64,000 bases of DNA from Candidatus Bathyarchaeia archaeon (lineage in GTDB: Archaea; Thermoproteota; Bathyarchaeia; Bathyarchaeales; Bathycorpusculaceae): assembly GCA_049516875.1 (NCBI GenBank), contig JBEKSS010000002.1, forward strand, positions 64,001-128,000. The letters run 5' to 3'. Each line of letters begins with the position of its first letter. The first letter of the stretch is position 1. Under the pieces are notes generated by a model. It ran no database searches. It saw only the letters and a list, made by a program, of their open reading frames with translations, and was not told where the DNA came from. The position numbers and the translations under genes are program-made. Below, piece by piece: positions 20,023 to 30,119 of the stretch.

Positions 20023-21051
20023 GTGTTGAAGTTGTCTCGATTTGATGTTTCCGTTATTGTGGTCAACTACAATTGCCATAATACGCTGAAAGATTGCATC
20101 AAAAGCATTCTCCTTTCCGAAGCAGTTGGAGAATTACTATTAGTCGATAATGCTTCTACTGACAAAAGTATGGATCTGATAGAGGAATACATTGCTGATG
20201 TACGTTTAAAGATTATCCGCTTAAACCGAAATATTGGTTTAGCCAAGGCAAGAAATCTGGCAGCTGCTAAAACAAGCAGTGATTACCTTGCCTTCACTGA
20301 TGCCGATACCATAGTTGACCCGGAATGGTTGCAGGAGCCATGTTTCCTTCTTGAGACGCACAAAGAGATCGGGGCAGTTCAGTGCGAGATCTTGAGCTGG
20401 AAGCATTTACACAAGATTACATTTGGGGAAGAGAGGTCGAGGGGGATCGACTGGAAGACTATGCCCGAAGAAATGCTCAATTCTTCTCGTCGAATCCTAT
20501 TTCCAAACGGTGTGGCTTTCATAATTAGGCGAGATGTATGGGATCTTGTGAAAGGTTTTGACGCTGCCCTTTTTGTAGGAAATGATGATGTAGATTTGGG
20601 AATCAGGCTTTGGCTGAGTGGTTATGAGGTAATATGTAGCTCTGAAGGAATAGTCTACCATGATGGTGGACACCTTAGACGTCGCAAAGATATTGCCCCG
20701 ATTTTTAAGTTCCACGGATACAAAAACATGCTCATTATTTGGACTAAGGATTTGCAGGCAGGGACGCTGGTGAAACAAGTGCTACCATTTTCATTACTTT
20801 ATCCGTTGGTGACTTTTTTGGATGCAGGGGTTTGGGGTGTCACGGGGCTGATTTCTTTCTTAGAAAGCTTACCCTCAATCCTAGTCAGGCGACATGACGT
20901 TCAACAGCTTAGAAAAATATCGGACAATAAGATAATACCGATGATGCATCGCGCGGGGACGTTGCCCATACAGCTCTTTACGAATGATTTTCGAATATTC
21001 TATAAGTATATTCTTCGAAGAATTAAAGCTATGGTAGCGCGCGCTAGATAG
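20023..21051 (+). CDS. GT2 glycosyltransferase
   Basis: VIVVNYN, VDNASTD, FTDAD, DDVDLG. Confidence 0.9.
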   Translation: MLKLSRFDVSVIVVNYNCHNTLKDCIKSILLSEAVGELLLVDNASTDKSMDLIEEYIADVRLKIIRLNRNIGLAKARNLAAAKTSSDYLAFTDADTIVDPEWLQEPCFLLETHKEIGAVQCEILSWKHLHKITFGEERSRGIDWKTMPEEMLNSSRRILFPNGVAFIIRRDVWDLVKGFDAALFVGNDDVDLGIRLWLSGYEVICSSEGIVYHDGGHLRRRKDIAPIFKFHGYKNMLIIWTKDLQAGTLVKQVLPFSLLYPLVTFLDAGVWGVTGLISFLESLPSILVRRHDVQQLRKISDNKIIPMMHRAGTLPIQLFTNDFRIFYKYILRRIKAMVARAR

Positions 21052-21082
21052 GATGTCCTGAACAAAAAAGAGCGTAGATTAT

Positions 21083-22504
21083 ATGATTCTCATTGTTGCT
21101 ACAATCTCTTTTGTATTTTCATTCATTGTCCTATTCTTGATCATGAGGTACCTAGCAAAAGGCAAATTGTGTACGGGGGATACTTTTTTCCATTTGCTCA
21201 TAATCGAGTCCATAAGAAAGCACCGATGGAAATATCCTTCATCGCTAGAGAATGTCGTTTTTGACTTGGATATTAAACCCTACAATTACCTAGCATATCC
21301 CCCCCTTCTTCACTATATCGTCGCGCTTCTTCCTAGAAGATTCCACATCGCGGCGGCTAAGATGCTCAATCTCGTCATACTTTCATTTGTGAGTAGTCTG
21401 GCTTCTATTTTTGTGTATACCATCACGTCAAGTTTTCCTCTTGCAGTAGTTTCAGCTTTTATCACGACTTTCAACCTGTCAACCTTTGAGAACACTGTCA
21501 TGTTTACACCCAGACCCCTTGGACTGCTCTTTTACTCCCTTCTTGTGTACGTTACGCTTCTTTTTCCGTCAGGTCTCCTTTCAACTCTCGCGATCACGAT
21601 TCTAGTCATGTTGGTAAACCTCTCTCACAAATTCGCAACTCAAGCGATGATCTTTGGTCTTCTGCCCTATGTCTTCATTTTTAGTAGGTTCGACTTATTT
21701 CTCTCAATCGCTCTAGGGTTCTTATTATCTATACTGGTGAGCAAAGGGTTCTATCTCAAAATTCTAAGAGAGCACTACAACTGGCTCTACTTCTATATTG
21801 GCGTTTTTCGTGGCGCGCGCGCGCGTGGCATACCTAACAGATCCATCCATAAGTTGGGTGCAGTGCTGAGCAGAAATTTATGGTATCTATTGATCGTAGT
21901 ATTAATGGCGGTTTATTCCATCTCAAAAAATGGAAGTCTATTCAGCAACGATTTGACTGCAAAAGCATCTTTTTGGGCTTTCATGCCTGTCATTACAGCC
22001 CTAATTATGTCCACTCCTGCGTTGTCATTTCTGGGAGAAGGATACAGGTATGTTCAATACGGTGTAGTTCCAGTTGGAATTGTGAGTTCACTTCTATTCG
22101 AAAGTTCGAATCTTTACATCTGGCTCGCTTTTTTTGCGTGTTTCTTTATGACTTTTCTGGAATTGTACATATATAAGAGACGTCTTCACGAGTCAAGACT
22201 TCTAGTCAATCCTAGCGATACTTCGGCGTACAGCTGTTTGGGAAACCACGAATCAGGCAACGTGCTCGTTTTTCCTCGTATTCGAACTCTAGAAGTCAAC
22301 TATTTAGCGAAGTTGCAGGTTGTCCATCTTGTGCGGCCTCGGCCAGGGACCGATCAGGAAACAGCGTACAAGTATGGGGTCAAACATGTCTTGATATTCA
22401 AGGGAGAGGACAAAGCATTGGCAAAGCTGAAGAATGCCTTCGATATGAGCAGAATTCTGACTTCTCCCTTTTTTGAATTGTACGAAGTGGTACCAAGAAG
22501 CTAG
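21083..22504 (+). CDS. Polytopic membrane protein (GT-C-like)
   Basis: DTFFH, YPPLLH, FTPRPLG, SHKF and GEGYRY with many TMs. Confidence 0.65.
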   Translation: MILIVATISFVFSFIVLFLIMRYLAKGKLCTGDTFFHLLIIESIRKHRWKYPSSLENVVFDLDIKPYNYLAYPPLLHYIVALLPRRFHIAAAKMLNLVILSFVSSLASIFVYTITSSFPLAVVSAFITTFNLSTFENTVMFTPRPLGLLFYSLLVYVTLLFPSGLLSTLAITILVMLVNLSHKFATQAMIFGLLPYVFIFSRFDLFLSIALGFLLSILVSKGFYLKILREHYNWLYFYIGVFRGARARGIPNRSIHKLGAVLSRNLWYLLIVVLMAVYSISKNGSLFSNDLTAKASFWAFMPVITALIMSTPALSFLGEGYRYVQYGVVPVGIVSSLLFESSNLYIWLAFFACFFMTFLELYIYKRRLHESRLLVNPSDTSAYSCLGNHESGNVLVFPRIRTLEVNYLAKLQVVHLVRPRPGTDQETAYKYGVKHVLIFKGEDKALAKLKNAFDMSRILTSPFFELYEVVPRS

Positions 22505-22766
22505 TCTAGCATTGAATGAAACACAGTGTACGCGCGCTGATGATGCGTAATGAACATCGAGTTGAAGTTACTGAACCGCGAAAAGCATGCAATACCAGGT
22601 GGAACACCAAAATACTTGAAACGAAAGATAGTGGTCTTGGTCATCGCTGTCTAAAGACGCACCTATTTGATAGATTTTTCAAGAAATATCAGGCTGTTTG
22701 GAGGCTCGGTTTCTGTTGACAAAAAGTACAAAAAAGCCCTTATAACGAAAAAATCGTTGAACAATC

Positions 22767-23804
22767 ATGATTGCGGAGAGAGCGGGCTTCATGAAGAACA
22801 CTGGGAACGTCATGAGTGGCAAACCTCGCGTGAGTATCGGTTTGCCAGTGTTCAACGGTGAGAAATACCTCAAAGAAGCATTGGACTCTATTCTGGCTCA
22901 GACATATTCAGATTTCGAGTTAGTGATCTCTGATAATGCATCCACTGACCGAACTGAACAGATTTGCCGAGAGTACGCGGCCAAAGACAGACGAATCTGC
23001 TATTATCATAACGAAAAGAATATTGGGGCTCCTAAGAATTTTAACCGCGTCTTTGAGTTGTCCTCGGGTGAATATTTCAAATGGATCGCATATGATGATG
23101 TATACGCTCCGGAGTTTTTACAGAAGTGTGTAGCTGTACTTGACAAGGACCCATCCGCCGTCTTGTGTCACTCTAAGACCAGCCGCATCGATGAAAATGG
23201 CACCTTGGTAGGAAACTACGATCACAGGACGCTGAGGAGAATTAGTTCGTGGAAGCCGCATGAACGTTTTGGCGACTTGATCAGCATACGCAATCCATGT
23301 TGGGCGGTTTTCGGGGTGGTACGTGCGAGTTCATTTAAAAAGACGCCGCTTCATGGAAGTTACATTGGAGCAGACAGAAATCTGTTGGCAGAAATTGGTC
23401 TTATGGGTCGAATAATTGAAATTCCAGAACACCTGTTTTTCAGACGAGATCACCCCGAAGCTTATACTAGAAAGTTTTGCGAAAACAAGTTCGCAATAAG
23501 TGTAGATAATTACGCCGAACAATTGGCTTGGTGGTCAAAAGACGATTGGACTAACTTCCCCAACTGGAAGGACTGCGCTGAATTTTTCAGGTCTGTAAAC
23601 CGTGTCCCACTTAAGTGGTCTGAGCGACTGGCATGCTACAACCAAATATTCAGATGGTTTATCAAGGAAGGCTGGTTTTTTATGGGGGGCGACATAGAAA
23701 ATCTATTATTGCGCCGTTCACGCCTTGGACGCAAGTTGATTCCATTCGTCAAGTTGAACCTGAGGCACACAGTTATTCCAATCATCAAAAAATTCAGACG
23801 GTAA
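22767..23804 (+). CDS. GT2 glycosyltransferase
   Basis: PRVSIGLPVFNGEKYL, ISDNASTD, YFKW.AYDD; start probably near 22812. Confidence 0.9.
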   Translation: MIAERAGFMKNTGNVMSGKPRVSIGLPVFNGEKYLKEALDSILAQTYSDFELVISDNASTDRTEQICREYAAKDRRICYYHNEKNIGAPKNFNRVFELSSGEYFKWIAYDDVYAPEFLQKCVAVLDKDPSAVLCHSKTSRIDENGTLVGNYDHRTLRRISSWKPHERFGDLISIRNPCWAVFGVVRASSFKKTPLHGSYIGADRNLLAEIGLMGRIIEIPEHLFFRRDHPEAYTRKFCENKFAISVDNYAEQLAWWSKDDWTNFPNWKDCAEFFRSVNRVPLKWSERLACYNQIFRWFIKEGWFFMGGDIENLLLRRSRLGRKLIPFVKLNLRHTVIPIIKKFRR

Positions 23805-23943
23805 AATGGAAGTACCATTCTCGCTGAAGCTTTGAGCACCTGATCGATCGCGCTCTAACTATTGGCAAACCACAAGGAAAAATAGGAGCCGCCTCATCTA
23901 ACTACATCACAATAAGACGGAATACGAAAGGAAGGTAAAGGGT

Positions 23944-24993
23944 ATGCGTGTTTTAGTTACGGGTCATAGAGGATACATAGGTTCGATTATGGTGCCTATG
24001 CTTGAAGGGGCCGGGTACGAAGTTGTGGGGCTTGATAATGACCTTTTCGACGGGTGCATATTTGGTGATCCGTCGATTGCTGGAGACATCCCTGCCATTC
24101 CATACGTGAAAAAAGATATCCGTGACATTGAACGATCAGACTTACAAAACTGTGATGCTGTCGTCCATCTGGCTGCGCTGTCAAACGACCCACTTGGCTA
24201 TTTCAACCCGCAAATAACGGATGAAATCAATCATAAGGCTTCGGTTAAGTTGGCCAAGCTGGCTAAGAAGGCCGGAGTCCGACGCTATATCTTCTCATCG
24301 ACGTGCAGTGTCTACGGTGCCTCCACAGCTGACACTGTGAATGAGGAATCCAAACCGCGACCCATCACACCGTATGCCGTTTCAAAGATACGTTCGGAAA
24401 AAGATATCTCCAAGCTGGCGGACTCGAGTTTCAGTCCAACCTTCTTACGCTCTGCAACAGCCTATGGCGTATCTCCTCTACTTCGGTTCGATCTGGTTCT
24501 CAACAATCTGGTTGCTTGGGCTCACACTACTGGAACTGTATTGTTAAAGAGTGACGGCATGGCGTGGCGTCCAATCGTACACATTGAGGACATATCGCGA
24601 GCTTTTGTGGCTGTCCTAGATGCATCTCACGACTTGATTCACAACGAGATTTTCAATGTGGGCATCAACGAGGAGAACTATCGGGTGCGGGAACTTGCTG
24701 AGATTGTGAAAGACACGGTTCCCGATTCACGGATTGAGTATGCAAAGGATGCTGAACCAGACAAACGTTCTTATCGGGTCAACTTTAACAAGATTTCCCA
24801 GACACTGCCCGAGTTCAAGCCTCAATGGAACGCGCGTCGAGGAGCCAAGCAGCTTTACGAGGTCTACAAGAAGGTTGGTTTCACTTTGGAGGAGTTTGAA
24901 GGACCTAGGTATAGACGCATTTCGCATATTGAGGAAGGCATTAAGACGGACCGTTTGGACAAAACGCTGCGTAGAAGAAATGTCAAGATATAA
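23944..24993 (+). CDS. NAD-dependent epimerase/dehydratase
   Basis: VTGHRGYIG, HLAALSNDP, YAVSK, RFDLVLNNL. Confidence 0.9.
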   Translation: MRVLVTGHRGYIGSIMVPMLEGAGYEVVGLDNDLFDGCIFGDPSIAGDIPAIPYVKKDIRDIERSDLQNCDAVVHLAALSNDPLGYFNPQITDEINHKASVKLAKLAKKAGVRRYIFSSTCSVYGASTADTVNEESKPRPITPYAVSKIRSEKDISKLADSSFSPTFLRSATAYGVSPLLRFDLVLNNLVAWAHTTGTVLLKSDGMAWRPIVHIEDISRAFVAVLDASHDLIHNEIFNVGINEENYRVRELAEIVKDTVPDSRIEYAKDAEPDKRSYRVNFNKISQTLPEFKPQWNARRGAKQLYEVYKKVGFTLEEFEGPRYRRISHIEEGIKTDRLDKTLRRRNVKI

Positions 24994-25066
24994 ATAGCGC
25001 AGGCCAAGCGTTCCATTGTAGAAAATCTATTCTCTGAGGGCGCGCAAACTGGCGGAGCATTCTAAT

Positions 25067-26299
25067 ATGACTGAGGCAATGGGAAATGAACAATCAGGTA
25101 TTCATTGTTCATTATGTGGTTCGTCGGGATTGTGGGTTTTCTATGAAGTGACGGATGTTCCTGCGAGCTGCAATCTCCTATGGAGAAGCAAGGATGAAGC
25201 CATCAACTGTCCCAAAGGGAACATCAAACTAGCGTTCTGTCCGTTTTGTACCTTTGTGACAAACATTGCAGTGGAGCCAGAGAAAAACCAATACGGTCAT
25301 CGCTATGACGACTCCCTGTTTTACTCCCCTCACTTTCAAGATTTCGCGAGAAAACTGGCGATCAACCTGATCCAACGTTACGATCTGCATAACAAGAGCA
25401 TTATTGAAATAGGAGGCGGGAAGGTTGACTTTCTCTCCTTGCTGATCGAATTGGGGAACAACCATGGACTAAGGTTTGATCCTTTCTTAATGAAGGTTGA
25501 AGACAAAAGTCGAGAGTCAGTCGAATCAATTCCAAGCTTCTATCCACAGCTAGATAGGAGTAACAAAGCCGATTTTGTTTTCTCCTACTGCGAACTTGAG
25601 CACATGAATTATCCCAAAAACTTCCTGAGTAATTTGCGAAAAATATTCGGTTGCAGTTCAAAGACTCATGTTTTCTTTGCAGTACCAAATGCACTGAAGG
25701 CCTTTGAGGAAGGAGATTTCACGAACATTATCTACGAGCATGTTTCATATTTCACCATCCCCTCCTTGTTTCATCTTTTTTCTTCCTGCGGATTTAACAT
25801 CTCCGAGGTTACGGAGTCCAAAAATGGAGTCTTCGACTCAATTTACATTGATGCCACCCCCAAGACCCGAATGAAGTCAAGCTTCAAGCCGCATTTAAAA
25901 CCGGAAGCAGGCGAAATCAAAGACGGCATCACCTCATTTGCTGCCAAGTCGACCAACACGATCGAAAAATACAGCAGCAGACTCAAGCAGTTACTTAACA
26001 AAGGAAAACGAGTAGTCATATGGGGAGCCGGTTCAAGAGGCGTTACTTTATTGAATATCCTCAAGGATCCACGGATAGAATATGCTGTAGACATAAATCC
26101 CCGCAAGCAAGGTAAGTATGTGCCAGGAACAGGACAAAAAATTGTGGAACCGAAATTCTTGCTCACGCACCAGCCAGACTACATAATTTTAGCAAATGCA
26201 GCGTATGAAAATGAGATCAGGCATATCATAAGCAATCTTGAAATAAAGACCGAATTCATTCAGATCCAACATTCAGGATTAACTAATTGCTATTCCTAA
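25067..26299 (+). CDS. NDP-sugar C-methyltransferase family
   Basis: N-terminal CxxC...CxxC, YEHVSYF, WGAGSRG, VDINPRKQG. Confidence 0.85.
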   Translation: MTEAMGNEQSGIHCSLCGSSGLWVFYEVTDVPASCNLLWRSKDEAINCPKGNIKLAFCPFCTFVTNIAVEPEKNQYGHRYDDSLFYSPHFQDFARKLAINLIQRYDLHNKSIIEIGGGKVDFLSLLIELGNNHGLRFDPFLMKVEDKSRESVESIPSFYPQLDRSNKADFVFSYCELEHMNYPKNFLSNLRKIFGCSSKTHVFFAVPNALKAFEEGDFTNIIYEHVSYFTIPSLFHLFSSCGFNISEVTESKNGVFDSIYIDATPKTRMKSSFKPHLKPEAGEIKDGITSFAAKSTNTIEKYSSRLKQLLNKGKRVVIWGAGSRGVTLLNILKDPRIEYAVDINPRKQGKYVPGTGQKIVEPKFLLTHQPDYIILANAAYENEIRHIISNLEIKTEFIQIQHSGLTNCYS

Positions 26300-26450
26300 G
26301 AAGAGACGAAAAAAGCGACTGCAATTAGCGTTAGTCATCCGAAAGAATCCGAATTACCGAACTGTCGACCCAGACGCCCTTGACCGATTTCAACGCAAAT
26401 GGTTAAATTCTTGTCCAAACCTCAAACCTAGTTGACGCGGAGACACTGTT

Positions 26451-27512
26451 TTGAATCGATACTCAAGTCTGAGTGAGTCACAGTGGGTCGATCGATCGAT
26501 CGATCGTCGTGAATTTGGGTGGACAGGAGTCAAGGTCTCCGATATCGGCATGGGGACGTATTATGGCCACTCGTACGAAATCATGGCGCCACTCTTCCGT
26601 CTCCAAGGAGGGTGGGATAAAAAGATAGCCGCTTTAAAGGAGGGTTTGAGTCTCCTCCGTCAGCAAGGAGGGTGGCATAAGAAGATAGCCGCTTTGAACA
26701 AGGCTTTGACTCTCCTCCGTCAGCAAGGAAGTATGAGTGAGAAGATAGAGGCTTTGAAGAAGGGTTTGGAGCTTGGGATAAACCTCATAGACACTGCAGA
26801 AATTTATCAAACAGAGGATATAGTCGCAGAGGCGATCAAAGGCCACGAGAGGGGTGATTTATTCATTGCGACGAAGGTTCCTGGGAATAATCTCAGATAT
26901 GACGATGTTTTGAAGGCTGCTGAAAATAGTCTGAATAGGCTTGAGTGCTCTTACATCGATCTCTATCAGATTCATTGGCCGAACTCGAGAGTTCCTATTG
27001 AGGAGACTATGAAGGCGATGGAGAAGCTCGTGGACGATGGGAAGGTCAGATACCTAGGCGTGAGCAACTTCTCCTTAGAACAGATGAGGAGGGCCGAGGA
27101 AGCCCTCTCGAAGAACAAGCTTGCCTCCAACCAAGTTGAATACAATTTAATGGTTAGAGGAATAGAGAAGGATCTCCTCCCCTATTGTGAGCAGAAGGGT
27201 ATCGTTATCTTGCCCTACAGGCCAATCGCCCAAGGTACCCTAGCCAATCCCAACGAGAGACTCAAGGCAGTTATGGACGAGATTTCGCAGAAACACGGCG
27301 GCAAAACTCCGGCGCAGATAGCCCTCAACTGGTTGATGACCAAGAGCAACGTGATCTTTCCGATCCCGAGGGCTTCCAGACCGGAGCGAGTAATCGAGAA
27401 CGTCGGCTCAGTAGGCTGGAGCCTTGGCATTGAAGACATGAGAAAGCTAGAGGAGTGTGCGCATCTATCGATGCAAGTAGCACAAAACAGAAAAAAAGGG
27501 AATCACCGGTGA
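26451..27512 (+). CDS. Aldo/keto reductase with internal 20-aa triplication
   Basis: IGMGT, IDTAEIY, IATK, DLYQIHWP, GVSNF, QVEYN. Confidence 0.9.
   Translation: MNRYSSLSESQWVDRSIDRREFGWTGVKVSDIGMGTYYGHSYEIMAPLFRLQGGWDKKIAALKEGLSLLRQQGGWHKKIAALNKALTLLRQQGSMSEKIEALKKGLELGINLIDTAEIYQTEDIVAEAIKGHERGDLFIATKVPGNNLRYDDVLKAAENSLNRLECSYIDLYQIHWPNSRVPIEETMKAMEKLVDDGKVRYLGVSNFSLEQMRRAEEALSKNKLASNQVEYNLMVRGIEKDLLPYCEQKGIVILPYRPIAQGTLANPNERLKAVMDEISQKHGGKTPAQIALNWLMTKSNVIFPIPRASRPERVIENVGSVGWSLGIEDMRKLEECAHLSMQVAQNRKKGNHR
26592..26771 (+). repeat. 3 x 60-bp imperfect tandem repeat
   Basis: ctc(t/c)tccgtc..caagga...aagatag..gcttt at 26592, 26652 and 26712. Confidence 0.85.
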
Positions 27513-27527
27513 TGTCTCCACTGGAGT

Positions 27528-28472
27528 GTGGTTCAAATCATTCATTTAGCGCGTTTAAGTCTGAACTGGCGCATGCCAGGTGATCCTATGATGGATCCTG
27601 AACCAATTGACGTTATCATGTGCACTTGGAATAGCAATAAGCTGCATTTCCGAAAATGCCTACTGTCTATTAAAAGAGAGGTTGACGTTCACCACTTTAT
27701 CGTCATCGACAGATATTCATCGGACGGAACCTTAAGAGTCGTACGAAGCGTGTTTCCAGATGCAAAGGTTTTTCAAACCACTGCCAACCTAGCTACGGCA
27801 CAAAGGATTGGCATAAAATACGCCGATACAACATATCTTGTTCTCATCGACGACGACATAGAGGTTTCTGTGGGGTGGTTCAGAAAGATGATTTCCTTCA
27901 TCAAAGGCGGAAAACAAGTCGCGGCTGTGCAAGGTTTCACGAGGTATTATCCAAGCTACATGGACAAGCCACGCCTGCTTGATCTTGGTCGTCGAAAAGG
28001 ACAAGTCAAGGAAATCACAGATGGTGCGTGGACGCACGACGCTGTTCTCATGGCAGAAGCGGTGAAAGATTTCAATCCTAGGCAGATAACTCATTCGCGG
28101 GGAGATTTCCTAATGGTACAACACGTTATCAAAAAAGGGTACAAGTGGTTCGAGATGAATCAGGTTCAAGCAACCCACTACAGAGGTTCTGACAGAGGTT
28201 TCTTGGGCGATCTTCACAAGAATTTTCTGAAGGAAAAGTGGAATGGAGCTAATGATAGATTCGTTCGCATGCATTCCTCTTCATGCAGTCGAGCAATTGC
28301 CCCCCTTCTACTGAACTTCCTCAAAACCACTCTATACTTTTCGAAAATATCGATTGCCACATCAGATCCAAGAATATCGTTACTCTACCTTTCGGGACAT
28401 TTCGGATACTTGAAGGGGTTTCTCTCCGCGAACGATAACATCGTGCCATACGAACTTCACACGCCAAGCTAG
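27528..28472 (+). CDS. GT2 glycosyltransferase
   Basis: IDVIMCTWNS, IDRYSSDGT, IDDD; start probably near 27588. Confidence 0.85.
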   Translation: MVQIIHLARLSLNWRMPGDPMMDPEPIDVIMCTWNSNKLHFRKCLLSIKREVDVHHFIVIDRYSSDGTLRVVRSVFPDAKVFQTTANLATAQRIGIKYADTTYLVLIDDDIEVSVGWFRKMISFIKGGKQVAAVQGFTRYYPSYMDKPRLLDLGRRKGQVKEITDGAWTHDAVLMAEAVKDFNPRQITHSRGDFLMVQHVIKKGYKWFEMNQVQATHYRGSDRGFLGDLHKNFLKEKWNGANDRFVRMHSSSCSRAIAPLLLNFLKTTLYFSKISIATSDPRISLLYLSGHFGYLKGFLSANDNIVPYELHTPS

Positions 28473-28700
28473 CACGATGGTATGGGAAGTGTTAAAGGTG
28501 GTGGGCGCTCAGGCCATGTTATGATCGAGATCGATCGATCATCGATCTGACGTTTTGAGAAAAAGATATACTCCCTGATGCGCTAAGGTGATTAAGGATG
28601 CTTAAAGTGAATGAACTGACCAGTTTCAGCGAGTTTGGGAATCAAAAAGATGTTTGGAACAAAACTCAAATTGCTTTAGGCTCGAGAAGAGGCGAATTTT

Positions 28701-29735
28701 TTGTCTGGATACGCTGTTGTTGAAAACCCGTCGGCTGAATTATGGAATTCCTTCTTGAAGATGTTTCCTGAAATGAATTTTGAACAGTGTTTTGAGTATG
28801 GCGAAATATCAAAAATGGCATATCCACGAACAAAAGTTGCTAGACTATCCATCACGTACAACGGAGAACCGGTCGGAATAGTTCAAGGAACATATTCGAG
28901 CTATTTCGGCTTCGGTATGACATTGAGAGTAATGCGGGGTCCAATCGTAAACACAGGAACAAAGGAGAATTTTCGGCTAGTTGGGAGTCTTCTGAAAGAA
29001 CTCGAAGACTATAGCAAGAGAAGACGGATAATACACGCACAAATATCGGTTCCTGACTCTTGGCAACTCCAGGAAGTATTCCGCAAAATGAGCTACACGT
29101 CAGCTGATGAAACTAATGAGTACGTTGTGAACCTTCAAGAAGGAATGCAAAAGCTTTGGAAAAGCATTGACCATAATAAGAGGAGAAACATAAAAAAGGC
29201 CGTGAAAGAAGGAGTGGAAATCGTTCAATCACGCAGCCACGAAGATCTAAAAGCCTTCTACTCAATGGTCGAAGCCTCGGTAGAAAGGAGAGGGTACTCA
29301 CCATACCCTCGCTCATGGTTTGAGGCAATATGGAAAATATACAAGCCTGAGTTATCAAAGGTCTTTTTAGCATACTGGAAAGGGAAAAGCGTTTCAGGAG
29401 TCTTCATCGTAGTCCGGGGAAAAACCGTTTACGCATTGGGTGCTGGCTCACTCACCAAAGGATGGGAAGTTAGACCTAACGATATAATGCACTGGAAGGT
29501 CATGGAATGGGCCTACGAAAATGGTTATTCAAAGTATCATATGGGATTGGTTGATGAACCTCCTCCAACCGAAGAATCTTGTGCTTGGGGGATTTGGAGA
29601 TGGAAAAGAGAGTGGAACGGGAGCCTAATAAGAATCCAAAAATTTGACAAGATTCTCCTACCAAAATACAAGCTCATACTTCAAGCTGAAAAATTCGCTG
29701 TACGTGGTTATAAGGGCATCAGACGATTAAAATAG
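28701..29735 (+). CDS. FemAB/FemX-like GNAT-fold transferase
   Basis: RGP, KRRNIKKA.KEGVEI, PNDIMHWKVMEWA.ENG, GIWRWK. Confidence 0.8.
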   Translation: MSGYAVVENPSAELWNSFLKMFPEMNFEQCFEYGEISKMAYPRTKVARLSITYNGEPVGIVQGTYSSYFGFGMTLRVMRGPIVNTGTKENFRLVGSLLKELEDYSKRRRIIHAQISVPDSWQLQEVFRKMSYTSADETNEYVVNLQEGMQKLWKSIDHNKRRNIKKAVKEGVEIVQSRSHEDLKAFYSMVEASVERRGYSPYPRSWFEAIWKIYKPELSKVFLAYWKGKSVSGVFIVVRGKTVYALGAGSLTKGWEVRPNDIMHWKVMEWAYENGYSKYHMGLVDEPPPTEESCAWGIWRWKREWNGSLIRIQKFDKILLPKYKLILQAEKFAVRGYKGIRRLK

Positions 29736-29828
29736 TCAATTCACACGCGCTTCCAATTGGTTAACCAAATCAGCATTGCTAGTGAAAAGTCCAACGATGT
29801 TTGGTATCAAAAGGTCTGAGCGCGCGCG

Positions 29829-30045
29829 TGTTCCAAATGTTCAGATGTTCGTATACTGTTCGTATGTAAATGAATGGAAACAGAGCAAAGTTCGCTTTCG
29901 TTTTGTATCTATTGCGAAAAAAGCTTCCGAATGTCAAAGGTGGAAAAAACATCGTTATAAGATTTAGCGGAAAAAGAATTCTCCAAATCAAGAAATGTTT
30001 GTCTCCAGATTTTTTGTATAGCAAGACCCTATTTCTCATGCTCAT
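29829..30045 (-). pseudogene. C-terminal fragment of a GT2 paralog of 38089-39006
   Basis: RVLLYKKSGDKHFLIWRILFPLNL..FFPPLTF versus RVLLFKKHGERKFMLWRILFPSSL..VFPPLTF; truncated at GCGCGCGCG 29820-29828. Confidence 0.85.
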
Positions 30046-30119
30046 TTCTTTCTTTCCTTTTTCTCTATTTCGTTGACGATAGTGCCCTAGAGGAGCTTTC
30101 CACAAGTATTATCTTCGGA

